Notes: a model not told the origin generated them from the letters alone. A DNA stretch of 60,393 bases, filler included, from 3 parts of 3 records of this genome joined end to end with filler, not necessarily neighbours in it, one strand, 5' to 3'; shown: positions 39,156-49,320, counted from the first letter of the whole stretch. Translations and numbers: made by a program.

Positions 39156-39237
39156 TGGTGAGTCCCTTAGCCGAATTCTCCTTGTGAGAACTCACTTGAA
39201 TCGAACGGCCCGGTCGTCATGACCGGGCCGCTTTTTT
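39156..39237 (+). ncRNA. Putative trans-acting small RNA
   Basis: Promoter upstream; GTGAGT/ACTCAC stem enclosing TCCCTT and TTCTCCTT; ends in a 10-bp GC hairpin plus T6; no ORF. Confidence 0.6.
39206..39237 (+). terminator. Intrinsic terminator
   Basis: CGGCCCGGTC/GACCGGGCCG stem followed by CTTTTTT. Confidence 0.85.
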
Positions 39238-39357
39238 GTCTCCGGCATGCAGTCGCTGCCCTAGCCCGCCGCATTGTTCACCGGTAGAATTTACTGGAAA
39301 CAACACCGGAAATGGTGTCAGTCGGCCGGACTTTGGCAACCGGCGGAAACGGGCGAC

Positions 39358-40335
39358 ATGATCGAAGCGGCATTGCAAAGCACGGCGGGCATTCTCTGCC
39401 TTGCACTGGTGCTCGATGCGCTGATCGGTGATCCCCCCGCGCTATGGAGGCGGCTGCCGCACCCGGTGGTTCTGTTCGGTGCTCTGATCGGCTGGGGCGA
39501 GGCGCGTTGGAACCGGGCCGATGCAGGCGATGCCGCCCGCCGCCAGGGCGGTGTCCTGCTGGTAGTTCTGTTGCTCCTCGCAGCGGCGCTGACTGGCTGG
39601 CTGCTGCATCGTCTCGTTTCCTTCGTGAGTTACGGCTGGCTGCTGGAAGCGGCGATCGCGTCCGTCTTTCTGGCCCAGAGAAGCCTGCATGACCATGTCA
39701 TCGCGGTGGCGAAGGCATTCGAGGCGAATGGCTTGCCGGGCGCGCGCCGGGCGGTTTCCATGATCGTTGGCCGGGATCCGGAGCAACTGGATGAAGGCGG
39801 CGTCAGCCGGGCCGCCATCGAGACGGCGGCAGAGAATTTTTCCGACGGCGTGGTGGCGCCGGCTTTCTGGTATCTGCTCGCCGGTCTGCCGGGCCTGCTT
39901 GCTTACAAGGCGCTGAACACCGCCGACAGCATGATCGGCCACAAGAATGCCCGGTATCTGGAATTCGGCTGGGCCTCCGCCCGGCTGGACGATCTGGCGA
40001 ACCTGATCCCGGCCCGTCTCTCGGCGCTGCTGATCTGGGCCGCCGCGTTCGTCACGCCGGGCGCCGATATACGCTCATCATTCAGGGCCACCCTGAGGGA
40101 TGCCCGGCTGCACCGCTCGCCCAATGCGGGCTGGCCGGAAGCGGCGATGGCTGGTGCGCTCGGCCTGCGCCTTGCCGGGCCACGCGTCTATGGCGGCAAG
40201 AAGGTGGAGGATGCCTGGATGGGGGCTGGCGGCGCGGATGCCGTCATCGGCGATATTCGCCGCGCGCTCGTCCTGTTCCGGCTGGCCTGCGGCGCGCTGA
40301 TCTTGCTGACGGGCGCCCTGTCTCTCGCCGGATAA
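39358..40335 (+). CDS. cobD: Adenosylcobinamide-phosphate synthase (CobD/CbiB)
   Basis: HPVV, IVGRD, AENFSDG, NTADSMIG and SPNAGWPEAAMAGAL motifs. Confidence 0.95.
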   Translation: MIEAALQSTAGILCLALVLDALIGDPPALWRRLPHPVVLFGALIGWGEARWNRADAGDAARRQGGVLLVVLLLLAAALTGWLLHRLVSFVSYGWLLEAAIASVFLAQRSLHDHVIAVAKAFEANGLPGARRAVSMIVGRDPEQLDEGGVSRAAIETAAENFSDGVVAPAFWYLLAGLPGLLAYKALNTADSMIGHKNARYLEFGWASARLDDLANLIPARLSALLIWAAAFVTPGADIRSSFRATLRDARLHRSPNAGWPEAAMAGALGLRLAGPRVYGGKKVEDAWMGAGGADAVIGDIRRALVLFRLACGALILLTGALSLAG

Positions 40336-40458
40336 CAAGCCTCTACAGATCTGGTGACGGGCCGTTCGATTTTGTTCGGATCGGCCGGGCGGGCTTGTCT
40401 TTATGATCCGGGCTGGATTACATCCCGCCACCCCGAGCAATCGAAGGCAGCACGCACC

Positions 40459-41775
40459 ATGTCTCTCCAGCCGACCATCAATCGCCGGGTCTGGAGACTT
40501 GCCTGGCCTGTCGTGCTGTCAAATCTGACGGTGCCGCTGGTCGGCGCGGTGGATACCGCCGTGGTCGGCCATCTGGATGCTGCCTTCTATATCGGCGGCG
40601 TGGCGCTCGGCACCCTCTTGTTCAATTACATCTATTGGGGCTTCGGCTTCCTGCGCATGGGGACCACGGGCTTTGTCGCCCAGGCGAAAGGTGCGGGAGA
40701 CGGGGCGGAGGTTCTGGCCAGTCTCGGCCGGGCTCTGCTTCTGTCGGTGTTCTTCGGCGGTATCTGCCTCGCCCTGACTGTGCCGATGGCGGATTTCGCT
40801 TTCTCCATCCTCGACGGCAGCGATGAAGTTGAAGAAGCCGCCCGGCAATATTTCATGGTCCGGGTCTGGGCCGCACCGGCAGCCCTGTGCAATTTCTCGA
40901 TCCTGGGCTGGCTGTTCGGCATGCAGGCCATGCGCGGCGGACTTATCCAGCAGGTTGTCATCAATTCCGTGAATATTGTGCTGAACCTCACCTTTGTTCT
41001 GGGGCTCGGCTGGGGCATCGAGGGTGTCGCGCTGGCGACCGTGGCGGCCCAATATACGGGGCTTCTGGTTGGCGGCGTGCTGGTCTGGCGGCTGGCGCCG
41101 AGGGATGTCCGCCTGCCGCGCCTCGGGGAGCTTGCCGCCATCCGGCGCCTGAAAGCCATGATGGCGGTGAACCGGGATATCTTCATCCGCACGCTGGCCG
41201 TGCTGACGGCCTCGGCCTTCTTCATGAACGAGAGCGCCAGGCTCGGCGATACGGTGCTGGCCGCAAATGCGGTGTTTCTGATCTTCAAAAGCGTCGCCGG
41301 GTACGGTCTGGACGGCTATGCCCATGCCGCCGAGGCGCTGGTGGGCGAGGCGATCGGGCGGCGGTCCCGCCTGCAGTTGCGCGAGGCGGTGGTGGCCACG
41401 ACCAAGGGCGCCGCCATTCTGGCTGTTCTGATGGCTGTTCTGTTCTTCATGGCGGGAACGTTGTTCATCGACATCATGACCAGCATCCAAGCGGTCCGGG
41501 ATGCCGCCCGCGACTATCTTCTCTGGGCAGCGGCGATGCCGCTTTTCGCGGTCTGGTCCTTCCAGCTCGACGGGATCTTCATCGGGGCGACGCGCGGGGC
41601 GGAGATGCGCAACGGCATGCTCATCGCCCTCGCGGCCTTCGTCGCAGCGTCCTATCCGCTGATTGATCTGTATGGCAATCACGGGCTCTGGGCCGCCTAC
41701 AGCCTGTTCCTGCTGGTTCGGGCCGGGATGATGGCGGCGTATTATCCCCGGCTGGAGCGCGGGCTGGCCGGGTAA
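40459..41775 (+). CDS. MATE efflux transporter (DinF-like)
   Basis: SNLTVPLVGAVDTAVVGH, GFLRMGTTG and QLDGIFIGAT motifs. Confidence 0.93.
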   Translation: MSLQPTINRRVWRLAWPVVLSNLTVPLVGAVDTAVVGHLDAAFYIGGVALGTLLFNYIYWGFGFLRMGTTGFVAQAKGAGDGAEVLASLGRALLLSVFFGGICLALTVPMADFAFSILDGSDEVEEAARQYFMVRVWAAPAALCNFSILGWLFGMQAMRGGLIQQVVINSVNIVLNLTFVLGLGWGIEGVALATVAAQYTGLLVGGVLVWRLAPRDVRLPRLGELAAIRRLKAMMAVNRDIFIRTLAVLTASAFFMNESARLGDTVLAANAVFLIFKSVAGYGLDGYAHAAEALVGEAIGRRSRLQLREAVVATTKGAAILAVLMAVLFFMAGTLFIDIMTSIQAVRDAARDYLLWAAAMPLFAVWSFQLDGIFIGATRGAEMRNGMLIALAAFVAASYPLIDLYGNHGLWAAYSLFLLVRAGMMAAYYPRLERGLAG

Positions 41776-41785
41776 TGCATGCGGC

Positions 41786-42445
41786 CTAGAATTCGTGCCG
41801 GTCGATCACCATCGGCTCGTTCTTGGCGTCTTCCGCCCAGGTTTTCATGGCGGGCATGTCCCAGACCGCTTCGGCGTAGGCCGCGGCTTCGTCCGTCAGC
41901 TCCACACCATAGGTCCGGAAGCGGGAAACCACGGGGGCGAACATCGCGTCCGCTATGGTGAAGTGGCCGAACAGGAACGGCCCGTCTTCGGGATCGGTCA
42001 CCCGGCGACGGTGGTTGCGCCAGATCGCACTGATCCGGTTGATGTCTTCCTGCACGCCCGGCCCGCGTCCCTGACCCGGGAAGCTGGAGCGGACATTCAT
42101 CGGCATGTTCTGCCGCACGGCGCCGAAGCCGGAATGCATTTCGGCGGAAACCGAGCGGGCCCGCGACCGGGCGATCGGATCAGCCGGCCAAAGGCGGGCT
42201 TCCGGATGCTTCTCCGCCAGATACTCGCCGATGGAAAGGCTGTCCCAGACCGTCAGCTCGCCGTCCTTCAGAACCGGAACCCGGCCGGACGGGGAGTGCC
42301 GCAGGATTTCCTGCCGCGTGTTCGGCGTATCGAGCGCGATCACGGTCTCTTCGAACGGGATGTCGCATGCAGTCATCATCAGCCATGGCCGCAGCGACCA
42401 GGACGAATAATTCTTGTTTCCAATGATGAGGCTGTACGGCGCCAT
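41786..42445 (-). CDS. Glutathione S-transferase
   Basis: NKNYSSWSLRPW, VPVL, WDSLSI and AEMHSGF motifs; GGAG RBS before ATG 42445. Confidence 0.93.
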   Translation of the reverse strand: MAPYSLIIGNKNYSSWSLRPWLMMTACDIPFEETVIALDTPNTRQEILRHSPSGRVPVLKDGELTVWDSLSIGEYLAEKHPEARLWPADPIARSRARSVSAEMHSGFGAVRQNMPMNVRSSFPGQGRGPGVQEDINRISAIWRNHRRRVTDPEDGPFLFGHFTIADAMFAPVVSRFRTYGVELTDEAAAYAEAVWDMPAMKTWAEDAKNEPMVIDRHEF

Positions 42446-42616
42446 GACGGTTTCCTCCGGACTTTGTTGCCGCCATTTGAACCGGCCCGGCCCCCGCGTG
42501 CAACCTCTGTCGTGCGAGGGCCGGTGGCTTCGGCGTCTCATTGGCCCGTTGCGGCGCTTGAGCAGGCCCCTCCGGCGGGATAGAACGGATGGATTGTCTC
42601 TTATCAGGAGCCTCCC

Positions 42617-44005
42617 ATGCCGTTCCGCCTCGTTGCCAAAGCAACCCCGAAATCCATTCCGCTCACCCCTGTCAGTGCCGCCACCCTGCCGGGCTGGCTG
42701 AAGGGATCGGACGCGCGGATCGGACGCTGGATCGGCGAATCGGATTTCTCGGCAGCACCGGGAGCAACCTGCTTCCTGCCGGATGCGGATGGCGGACTGG
42801 AACGGGTTCTGTTCGGGGTAGAGGAGCAGGAGGAGCCGGGCGGCGGGCTCTGGGATCTGGCGCCTCTGCCGGCGGCTTTGCCGAAGGGCCGCTATTATCT
42901 CGATGCGGAGCTGAGCCCCGCAGCGGCAACCAGTGCCGCAACGGGATGGGCGCTGGCGCATTACCAGTTCGACAAGTTCAAGGAAAAGACCAGCTTCAAG
43001 GCGGAGCTGGTCTGGCCGACCGGTGCGGACCAGGACGAAGTACGCCGGATTGCCGAGGCGACCGGGCTGGCCCGTGACCTGATCAACCGGCCGGCAAACG
43101 ATCTCGGCCCGGCCGAGCTTGCCGAGGCGGCGGCCGCGCTGGCGAAAGACTACAAGGCGAAGATCGAGATCATTGAGGGCGAGGCGCTTCTGGCCGAGAA
43201 TTTCTCGATGATCCATGCCGTCGGCCGTGCCGCCGACCGGGCGCCGCGCCTGATCGATATCCGCTGGGGCAAGAAAAGCCATCCGAAGGTGACGATTGTC
43301 GGCAAGGGCGTGATCTTCGATAGCGGCGGGCTGGATATCAAGCCAGCCTCCGGCATGCTGATGATGAAGAAGGATATGGGCGGCTCGGCCCATGCGCTGG
43401 GCCTCGCCAAGCTGGTCATGGATGCGGGCCTGCCGGTCCGGCTCCGGGTGCTGGTGCCGGCGGTGGAGAACGCGATCTCCGGCAATGCCTTCCGGCCGAT
43501 GGATATCCTGCCGTCGCGCAAGGGGCTGACGGTCGAGGTTGGCAACACGGATGCCGAAGGCCGTCTGGTGCTGGCCGACGCGCTGACCGAGGCCGATAGC
43601 GAAAAGCCGGAAATGATCCTCGATTTCGCCACGCTGACCGGCGCCGCCCGGGTGGCACTCGGCACCGATCTGCCCGCGCTGTTCTGTAACGATGACGACC
43701 TTGCCGCCGATCTTCTGGAAGGCGGGCTGGAGGCGCGGGACGCGCTCTGGCGCCTGCCGTTGCACCAGCCCTACCGGGACATGCTGAAGTCGCCGAACGC
43801 CGATCTTTCCAGCACCGGGTCGGGCGGATATGGCGGCGCGATCACGGCGGCGCTTTTCCTGGAGCACTTCGTTTCGCCGCAGACACGATGGGCCCATGTC
43901 GACGTCATGGCCTGGAATCTCAAGTCCCGGCCGGGGCGCCCGGAAGGCGGAGAGGCCATGGGTATGCGGGCTTTTTATAAAATGTTACGTAAACGTTATG
44001 GTTAA
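42617..44005 (+). CDS. Leucyl aminopeptidase family (M17)
   Basis: GKGVIFDSGG, MKKDMGG, NTDAEGRL and ATLTGA motifs. Confidence 0.96.
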   Translation: MPFRLVAKATPKSIPLTPVSAATLPGWLKGSDARIGRWIGESDFSAAPGATCFLPDADGGLERVLFGVEEQEEPGGGLWDLAPLPAALPKGRYYLDAELSPAAATSAATGWALAHYQFDKFKEKTSFKAELVWPTGADQDEVRRIAEATGLARDLINRPANDLGPAELAEAAAALAKDYKAKIEIIEGEALLAENFSMIHAVGRAADRAPRLIDIRWGKKSHPKVTIVGKGVIFDSGGLDIKPASGMLMMKKDMGGSAHALGLAKLVMDAGLPVRLRVLVPAVENAISGNAFRPMDILPSRKGLTVEVGNTDAEGRLVLADALTEADSEKPEMILDFATLTGAARVALGTDLPALFCNDDDLAADLLEGGLEARDALWRLPLHQPYRDMLKSPNADLSSTGSGGYGGAITAALFLEHFVSPQTRWAHVDVMAWNLKSRPGRPEGGEAMGMRAFYKMLRKRYG

Positions 44006-44131
44006 CGGCCGGTAAATTAGGTTAGTAGACAGTAAATCCGCGTTTCGCGAACGATCTATCGTTGCGCCTTTCGGTTGCTGCTTGTATTGTCAAATCGACT
44101 TCGTAACAAACAGGCTTATGCTGGCACCGAT

Positions 44132-44497
44132 ATGGCTGCGGATTCGATACAAGCCCTTGGCATTTGGCGCAAAGCTCTGGTCGAAAGCGTCCGGCGCGAT
44201 ACGCCCGACCTGACCGCCCGGCAACTGGCGGTTCTGCTGACCGTCTATATCGAGAATCCGCCGCACACGGTGCGCGGTCTCGCCGCCACCCTGAACGTTT
44301 CGAAACCGGCCATTACAAGGGCGCTTGACCGTCTTGGCGAATATGGTTTCGTGCGTCGCCGCCCGGACGAGACGGACCGGCGCAGCGTGCTGGTACAGCG
44401 GACCGTGAAGGGCTCCGTCTTCCTGACGGAGTTCGGCGATCTTGTCGTCAACGCCTCGAGCGGAACCCGGTTCGACCAGGCAGACGCGGCCGACTGA
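44132..44497 (+). CDS. MarR family regulator
   Basis: DLTARQLAVLLTVY...TVRGLA...KPAITRALD...DRRSV. Confidence 0.9.
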   Translation: MAADSIQALGIWRKALVESVRRDTPDLTARQLAVLLTVYIENPPHTVRGLAATLNVSKPAITRALDRLGEYGFVRRRPDETDRRSVLVQRTVKGSVFLTEFGDLVVNASSGTRFDQADAAD

Positions 44498-44524
44498 CGC
44501 CGGCCGCTCTTTCCCTCTCAGTCC

Positions 44525-45457
44525 CTAATACTGGACCTTCGGGTCAACCAGATTGTCCGGCGCCTCGCCCCGGAACACCTTGCCGATCGCATCGGCAACC
44601 TGATCGGCCGCGCTGTTCGGATTGGTCTGGGCCGAGACATGCGGCCAGAGGTCGACCTTCGGATGCTCCCAGAACGGGCTGTCCTGCGGCAGCGGTTCGG
44701 TGCGAAATACATCGAGCGCGGCATGGGCGATATGCCCGCTATCCAGCGCCGCCAGCAGATCTTCTTCGACCACATGGCCGCCCCGGCCGGAATTGATCAC
44801 GAAAGCGCCCTTCGGCAGGGCCGCGAGAGTCTTCGCATTGATCACGCCTTCGGTCGCCTTTGTCAGCGGCAGCAGGCAGCAGAGGATTTCGGTCCGGGCC
44901 AGGAAGTCCGTCAGCTGGTCTTCGCCGTAATAGCTCTTCACGCCGTCGATCTGTTTCTCCGTCCGGCTCCAGCCGGCGGTATCGAAGCCGAGCGCGGCGA
45001 TCTTGGAGGCAGCATCCGCCCCGAGCGCACCAAGCCCGAGAATGCCGACCTTGCGGCTGGCCGTGTCCGGCGCGGGCAGGGATTTCCAGGTCTTGCTCTT
45101 CCGCAGCTCTTCATATTCCGGCGCCTGGCGGTGGTAGCGCAGCACATGCAGCAACACCCACTCGCTCATCGCCTGGGACATCCAGGGATCGACCAGCCGC
45201 ATGATCCAGGCGTCCTTCGGCAGGGTCGGATCGGCAAAGATATGATCCACACCCTGTCCGAGCGAACAGATGCATTTCACGTTCGGCATGCCGTCCAGCG
45301 TGCCCTGCGGCATCTTCCAGGCGAGCACGAACTCGATATCGTCGGGATTGCCGACATCTGGCCAGGTACGGAAATCGAGATCCGGAATCCGCTGCTTGAG
45401 CATTTCATCCCAGGCGGGGGCGGAATCGCTGGTGGACCGGAACAAAACGGCTGGCAT
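44525..45457 (-). CDS. ghrA: Glyoxylate/hydroxypyruvate reductase A
   Basis: GQGVDH, GLGALG, GWSR, LLPLT, NSGRG and PHVSA motifs. Confidence 0.88.
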   Translation of the reverse strand: MPAVLFRSTSDSAPAWDEMLKQRIPDLDFRTWPDVGNPDDIEFVLAWKMPQGTLDGMPNVKCICSLGQGVDHIFADPTLPKDAWIMRLVDPWMSQAMSEWVLLHVLRYHRQAPEYEELRKSKTWKSLPAPDTASRKVGILGLGALGADAASKIAALGFDTAGWSRTEKQIDGVKSYYGEDQLTDFLARTEILCCLLPLTKATEGVINAKTLAALPKGAFVINSGRGGHVVEEDLLAALDSGHIAHAALDVFRTEPLPQDSPFWEHPKVDLWPHVSAQTNPNSAADQVADAIGKVFRGEAPDNLVDPKVQY

Positions 45458-46236
45458 GGAAGTCTCCGGAAATCTGTTCAAAAGGCGGGGGTTCGGTCCT
45501 AGCATGGAGTGGGACTGGAGCAAAGGCGGGTGGGCAATTTCACCATACCAAACCTCAAGACCGTCATCCCGGCTTAGGAGCCATTGGCGCCGGGTTAAAA
45601 CAATGTCGTATAGATCATCCCCTTTTACCGGTCCTAGTTTGGCAGTTTTCGTTTTGGTTTGATCCGCTGGTTGATGGAATTTCTGTGCATGCGATTACAT
45701 TATACGAGCCGCGCGAACTGCAACGGCGTAGTAATGCAGGATTGAGCCGTGTGTGCTGATAGGCGATCATGGCGGCGACGATCTGGAGCGAACCGCATTT
45801 TCGCTGCGGTCGTAAGGCCGTTGGTCATCAGACGTAACACGGCTCCGGTGGGGGTGATGAGGGTCTCGCGTACCGGATCGCTAAATGGACTGGAACGGGG
45901 TGTTCTTCTTGAAGCGCGTGACGTGCGGCAGTCCGTGTCACGCACAGACACAAACCGATAGAACTTATCCCACGAAACTCGCTTTAAAGATCATGGAAAA
46001 CACTGTTCTGGTGATGCATGGCATTGATTACTACCTGTGTCCAAAACGTAGCCAAACGCTTGGAAAAAGTAGAATCAATACCATGCGATCTATCCAACAA
46101 TCTTAACCGGACACTAGTGGATCAGGTTCGGGATCTCTTGGATCAAAGAGTTCTACCCAATCATTGTCATCCTCAATTCCAGATCTGGAGATGCAGGCCT
46201 AAAACGAGTTGATGATGACGAAGGTGGAGCCGGCGA

Positions 46237-47103
46237 TTATTCCTTATGCTTGGCCTGCTGGTCGAAGAAGGACGCGGTGGAGGGCAGCTGCGGCAGGCTG
46301 ATCTCATAGGGGATCGCGCGGACCCGGCCGGTGCGGACGCCGCGTACCACGGTGCCCTCGAACCTGTTCGGCATCGGGCTGGGCGAGACCGGGACTGAAT
46401 CTTCCGCCGAATAGACCGAGATAAACAGCGTGCGCGGGTTTGCCGATTTGTTCGGGGCGGAGCCATGCAGTAATCGCGTGTGCATCAGGCAGACGGAACC
46501 TGCCGGTCCGGTGCAGAGCGCCGCCTTTTTCTGGCATTCCGCGGCGATACCGTCGTCGATGGCCCCGGTGAAAACACCGTCATGCCAGAGGCCGTGGATC
46601 TCGCCCTTGTGCGAGCCGGGCAGGACTTCCAGCGGGCCGTTCTCGTCCGTCACCTCATCCACCATCAGAAGCGCGGTGATCACGTCGTCATTGGTGTGCG
46701 GAGTGAAGGGGAAATCCTGGTGCCATTTTACCTGGGTGGCGCCACCGGGCAGCTTGGAATTGATCTTCGAGTGATGGAATTTCAGATTCGGGCCGATCAG
46801 GTCGGCGACGCAATCGGTCATGCGGCTGGAGGCCATCGCCTCGTAATAGGCCTCGGACACCTCGACCGGCGCGTTGACCCGGCGCAGGCCCGGTTTCTCC
46901 GCACTGTGCCCCGGCTCCACATCGAAGCGCGGCTTGTTGTTGATGGTCTCGCCATAGGGGGCGGCATGGCCCCGGCTTTCCTCGACCCAGCCGCTGAAGG
47001 TATCGCGCAGTCGTCCAAGCAGGTCCGGCGAGACCGCGTTTTCAATGGTGAGATAGCCGTCGCGCCAGAAGGCGTCCTTTTGCGCGTCGCTGAGACCGGC
47101 CAT
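46237..47103 (-). CDS. Phytanoyl-CoA dioxygenase family Fe(II)/2OG enzyme
   Basis: WHQD...ENGPL..PGSH...LLHGS facial-triad motifs. Confidence 0.92.
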   Translation of the reverse strand: MAGLSDAQKDAFWRDGYLTIENAVSPDLLGRLRDTFSGWVEESRGHAAPYGETINNKPRFDVEPGHSAEKPGLRRVNAPVEVSEAYYEAMASSRMTDCVADLIGPNLKFHHSKINSKLPGGATQVKWHQDFPFTPHTNDDVITALLMVDEVTDENGPLEVLPGSHKGEIHGLWHDGVFTGAIDDGIAAECQKKAALCTGPAGSVCLMHTRLLHGSAPNKSANPRTLFISVYSAEDSVPVSPSPMPNRFEGTVVRGVRTGRVRAIPYEISLPQLPSTASFFDQQAKHKE

Positions 47104-47157
47104 CGCATCTTCTCCCGTGCTTGCGTGTGAACCTGCTTCAGGCTACGGACAGATCCC

Positions 47158-48501
47158 ATGACGGTGCAAGCATTCCTCGACCAGGCATTTCTGGACAAAG
47201 TCTCCGACAAGAGCGCGCGGATCGGCGTGATCGGGCTCGGCTATGTCGGCCTGCCCCTGGCGCTGGCCTGCCTGAAGGCCGGGTTCCGGGTGACCGGCTA
47301 TGATATCGACGGTGCGAAGATCGAGGCGCTGACGGCGGAGCGGTCCTATCTGCCGCATATCCCGGTGGACGGGCTTGGCGCGCAGATTGCGGCGGGGGAT
47401 TTTCTGGCGACGGACCGGATCGCGGATCTCGGCACGGCGGACGCGGTGCTGATCTGCGTGCCGACACCGCTGACACCGGAGCGCGACCCGGATCTACGCT
47501 ATGTCCGCGACACGGCCGCTGCGCTGGCCCCAGTGCTGAAACCGGGCGCGCTGGTGGTGCTGGAATCGACGACCTATCCCGGCACCACGGACGAGGTGCT
47601 GCGGCCTGTTCTCGAAGCATCGGGCCGCACGGTCGGCACGGACCTGTTCCTTGCCTTCGCACCGGAGCGCGAAGATCCTGGGAATCAAAACTATTCCATC
47701 GGCCGGATCCCGAAGGTGGTCGGCGGCGTTGACGAAGCGTCCGGAAAGCTCGCCGTGGCGCTCTACAGCGCCGTGCTGGAAAAGGTCGTGCCGGTCTCGA
47801 GCGCCGCGACGGCGGAAGCGGTGAAGATCACCGAGAACGTGTTCCGGGCGGTGAATATCGCGCTGGTGAACGAGCTGAAGGTGATCTATGGCGCCATGGA
47901 TATCGATGTCTGGGAAGTCATCGAGGCGGCCTCGACCAAGCCGTTCGGCTACATGCCCTTCTATCCGGGCCCGGGCCTTGGCGGTCACTGCATCCCGATC
48001 GATCCGTTCTACCTCGCCTGGAAGGCCCGCAGCGTCGGTCAGTCAACCCGCTTCATCGAGCTTGCGGGCGAGATCAACCGGGCCATGCCGGACTACGTCA
48101 TCGATCGGCTGCGCGAGGCGGTGGACCGGCAATCCGGCAAGGGCCTGAACGGCGCCGACATTCTGCTGATCGGCATGGCCTACAAGAAGAACGTCGCGGA
48201 TCAGCGCGAAAGCCCGGCCCTGACCATTCTGGAAAAGCTCCGGTCGGCGGGGGCAAAGGCTTCTTTCCATGACCCCTGGATTCCGGAAATTCTGCCAAGC
48301 CGGGAGTTTGGCGCTCTGGCCGGATGCAAGAGCGAGGCGCTGACGCTGGAACGTCTGGCGGCGGCGGATGCTGTGCTGATCGTGACCGATCATGACGATG
48401 TGGAGTATGGCCTTATCGCGGAGCATGCCCGGCTGGTCGTCGATACCCGCAATGCCATGCGGGCACGCGGGCTCGAAGGTACGCATATTGTTGCTGCCTG
48501 A
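47158..48501 (+). CDS. Nucleotide-sugar dehydrogenase (UDP-GlcNAc/ManNAc 6-dehydrogenase family)
   Basis: GLGYVGLP, CVPTP, ESTTYPG, GGHCIP and AYK motifs. Confidence 0.93.
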   Translation: MTVQAFLDQAFLDKVSDKSARIGVIGLGYVGLPLALACLKAGFRVTGYDIDGAKIEALTAERSYLPHIPVDGLGAQIAAGDFLATDRIADLGTADAVLICVPTPLTPERDPDLRYVRDTAAALAPVLKPGALVVLESTTYPGTTDEVLRPVLEASGRTVGTDLFLAFAPEREDPGNQNYSIGRIPKVVGGVDEASGKLAVALYSAVLEKVVPVSSAATAEAVKITENVFRAVNIALVNELKVIYGAMDIDVWEVIEAASTKPFGYMPFYPGPGLGGHCIPIDPFYLAWKARSVGQSTRFIELAGEINRAMPDYVIDRLREAVDRQSGKGLNGADILLIGMAYKKNVADQRESPALTILEKLRSAGAKASFHDPWIPEILPSREFGALAGCKSEALTLERLAAADAVLIVTDHDDVEYGLIAEHARLVVDTRNAMRARGLEGTHIVAA

Positions 48502-48516
48502 GCGTGCCGGCGAAAT

Positions 48517-49320
48517 CTAGACCGGTGCGCTCATGGTCAGGCCGCCATCGACGACGATTTCCGTCGCGGTGACATATTTTGCCTCGTCGCTGGCGAGATA
48601 GAGCGCGGCATAGGCGACATCCCAGGCGTCCCCCATATGGCCCATCGGGACCTGTGCATGGCGCCGGGCAATCAGAGCCTCTGCGTCACCGTCGCCACGT
48701 TGTCCCGTAAGGCGGGCTTCCACCAGGGGCGTATGCATCAGTCCCGGCACGACCGTATTGCAGCGGATGCCTTCCTTGGCATAGCTGACGCCCATGGCGC
48801 GGGAGAGCTGCACAACGCCGGCCTTGGTAGCGGCATAGGCATGGATCGGCGCGCCGATATGCCGGTAGCCCGCGACGGAGGCGATATTGACAATGGCGCC
48901 GCCGCCGGCCTCCCGCATCAGAGGGATGGCAAAATGGCAGCCGAGATAAACGGTTTTCAGATTGTGATCGACCTGCCGGTCCCAGGTTGCCTCGTCCATT
49001 TCCGCGACGCCGCCGGGAGCCGAGCCACCGACATTGTTATGCAGAACATCAAGGCGTCCGAAACGGGCGGCGCAGTCGCCGAGCAGGCGTTCCACGGTTG
49101 CTCCGTCGGTGAGGTCTCCGGCTTCGGCATGAACTTGCGCGCCTTCTGCCTCAACCAGCCGGGAGGTTTCCGCCAGCGCATCTCCATCGCGGTCGATGAG
49201 ATAAAGTGTTGCTCCCTCGCGGGCATAGAGTACAGCCGCTGCCTTGCCGTTGCCCCATCCTGGGCCGACGGATCCAGCACCCGCAACCACGATGACCTTG
49301 CCTTCCACCCGTCCGGGCAT
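48517..49320 (-). CDS. Short-chain dehydrogenase/reductase
   Basis: GAGSVGPGWGNG, HNNVG and YAATK motifs. Confidence 0.93.
   Translation of the reverse strand: MPGRVEGKVIVVAGAGSVGPGWGNGKAAAVLYAREGATLYLIDRDGDALAETSRLVEAEGAQVHAEAGDLTDGATVERLLGDCAARFGRLDVLHNNVGGSAPGGVAEMDEATWDRQVDHNLKTVYLGCHFAIPLMREAGGGAIVNIASVAGYRHIGAPIHAYAATKAGVVQLSRAMGVSYAKEGIRCNTVVPGLMHTPLVEARLTGQRGDGDAEALIARRHAQVPMGHMGDAWDVAYAALYLASDEAKYVTATEIVVDGGLTMSAPV

Noticed and set aside
38170..39357. Cobalamin riboswitch upstream of cobU or cobD
   Set aside because: I could not find the conserved AGGGAA / GCCCCC / GCCACTG B12-element core in either leader.
42446..43897. Long N-terminal extension of the GST ORF
   Set aside because: Mostly antisense to the M17 peptidase; the GST has its own RBS and ATG at 42445.
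44132..44497. Naming this MarR gene ldtR
   Set aside because: The sequence does not match LdtR as I recall it; left as generic MarR.
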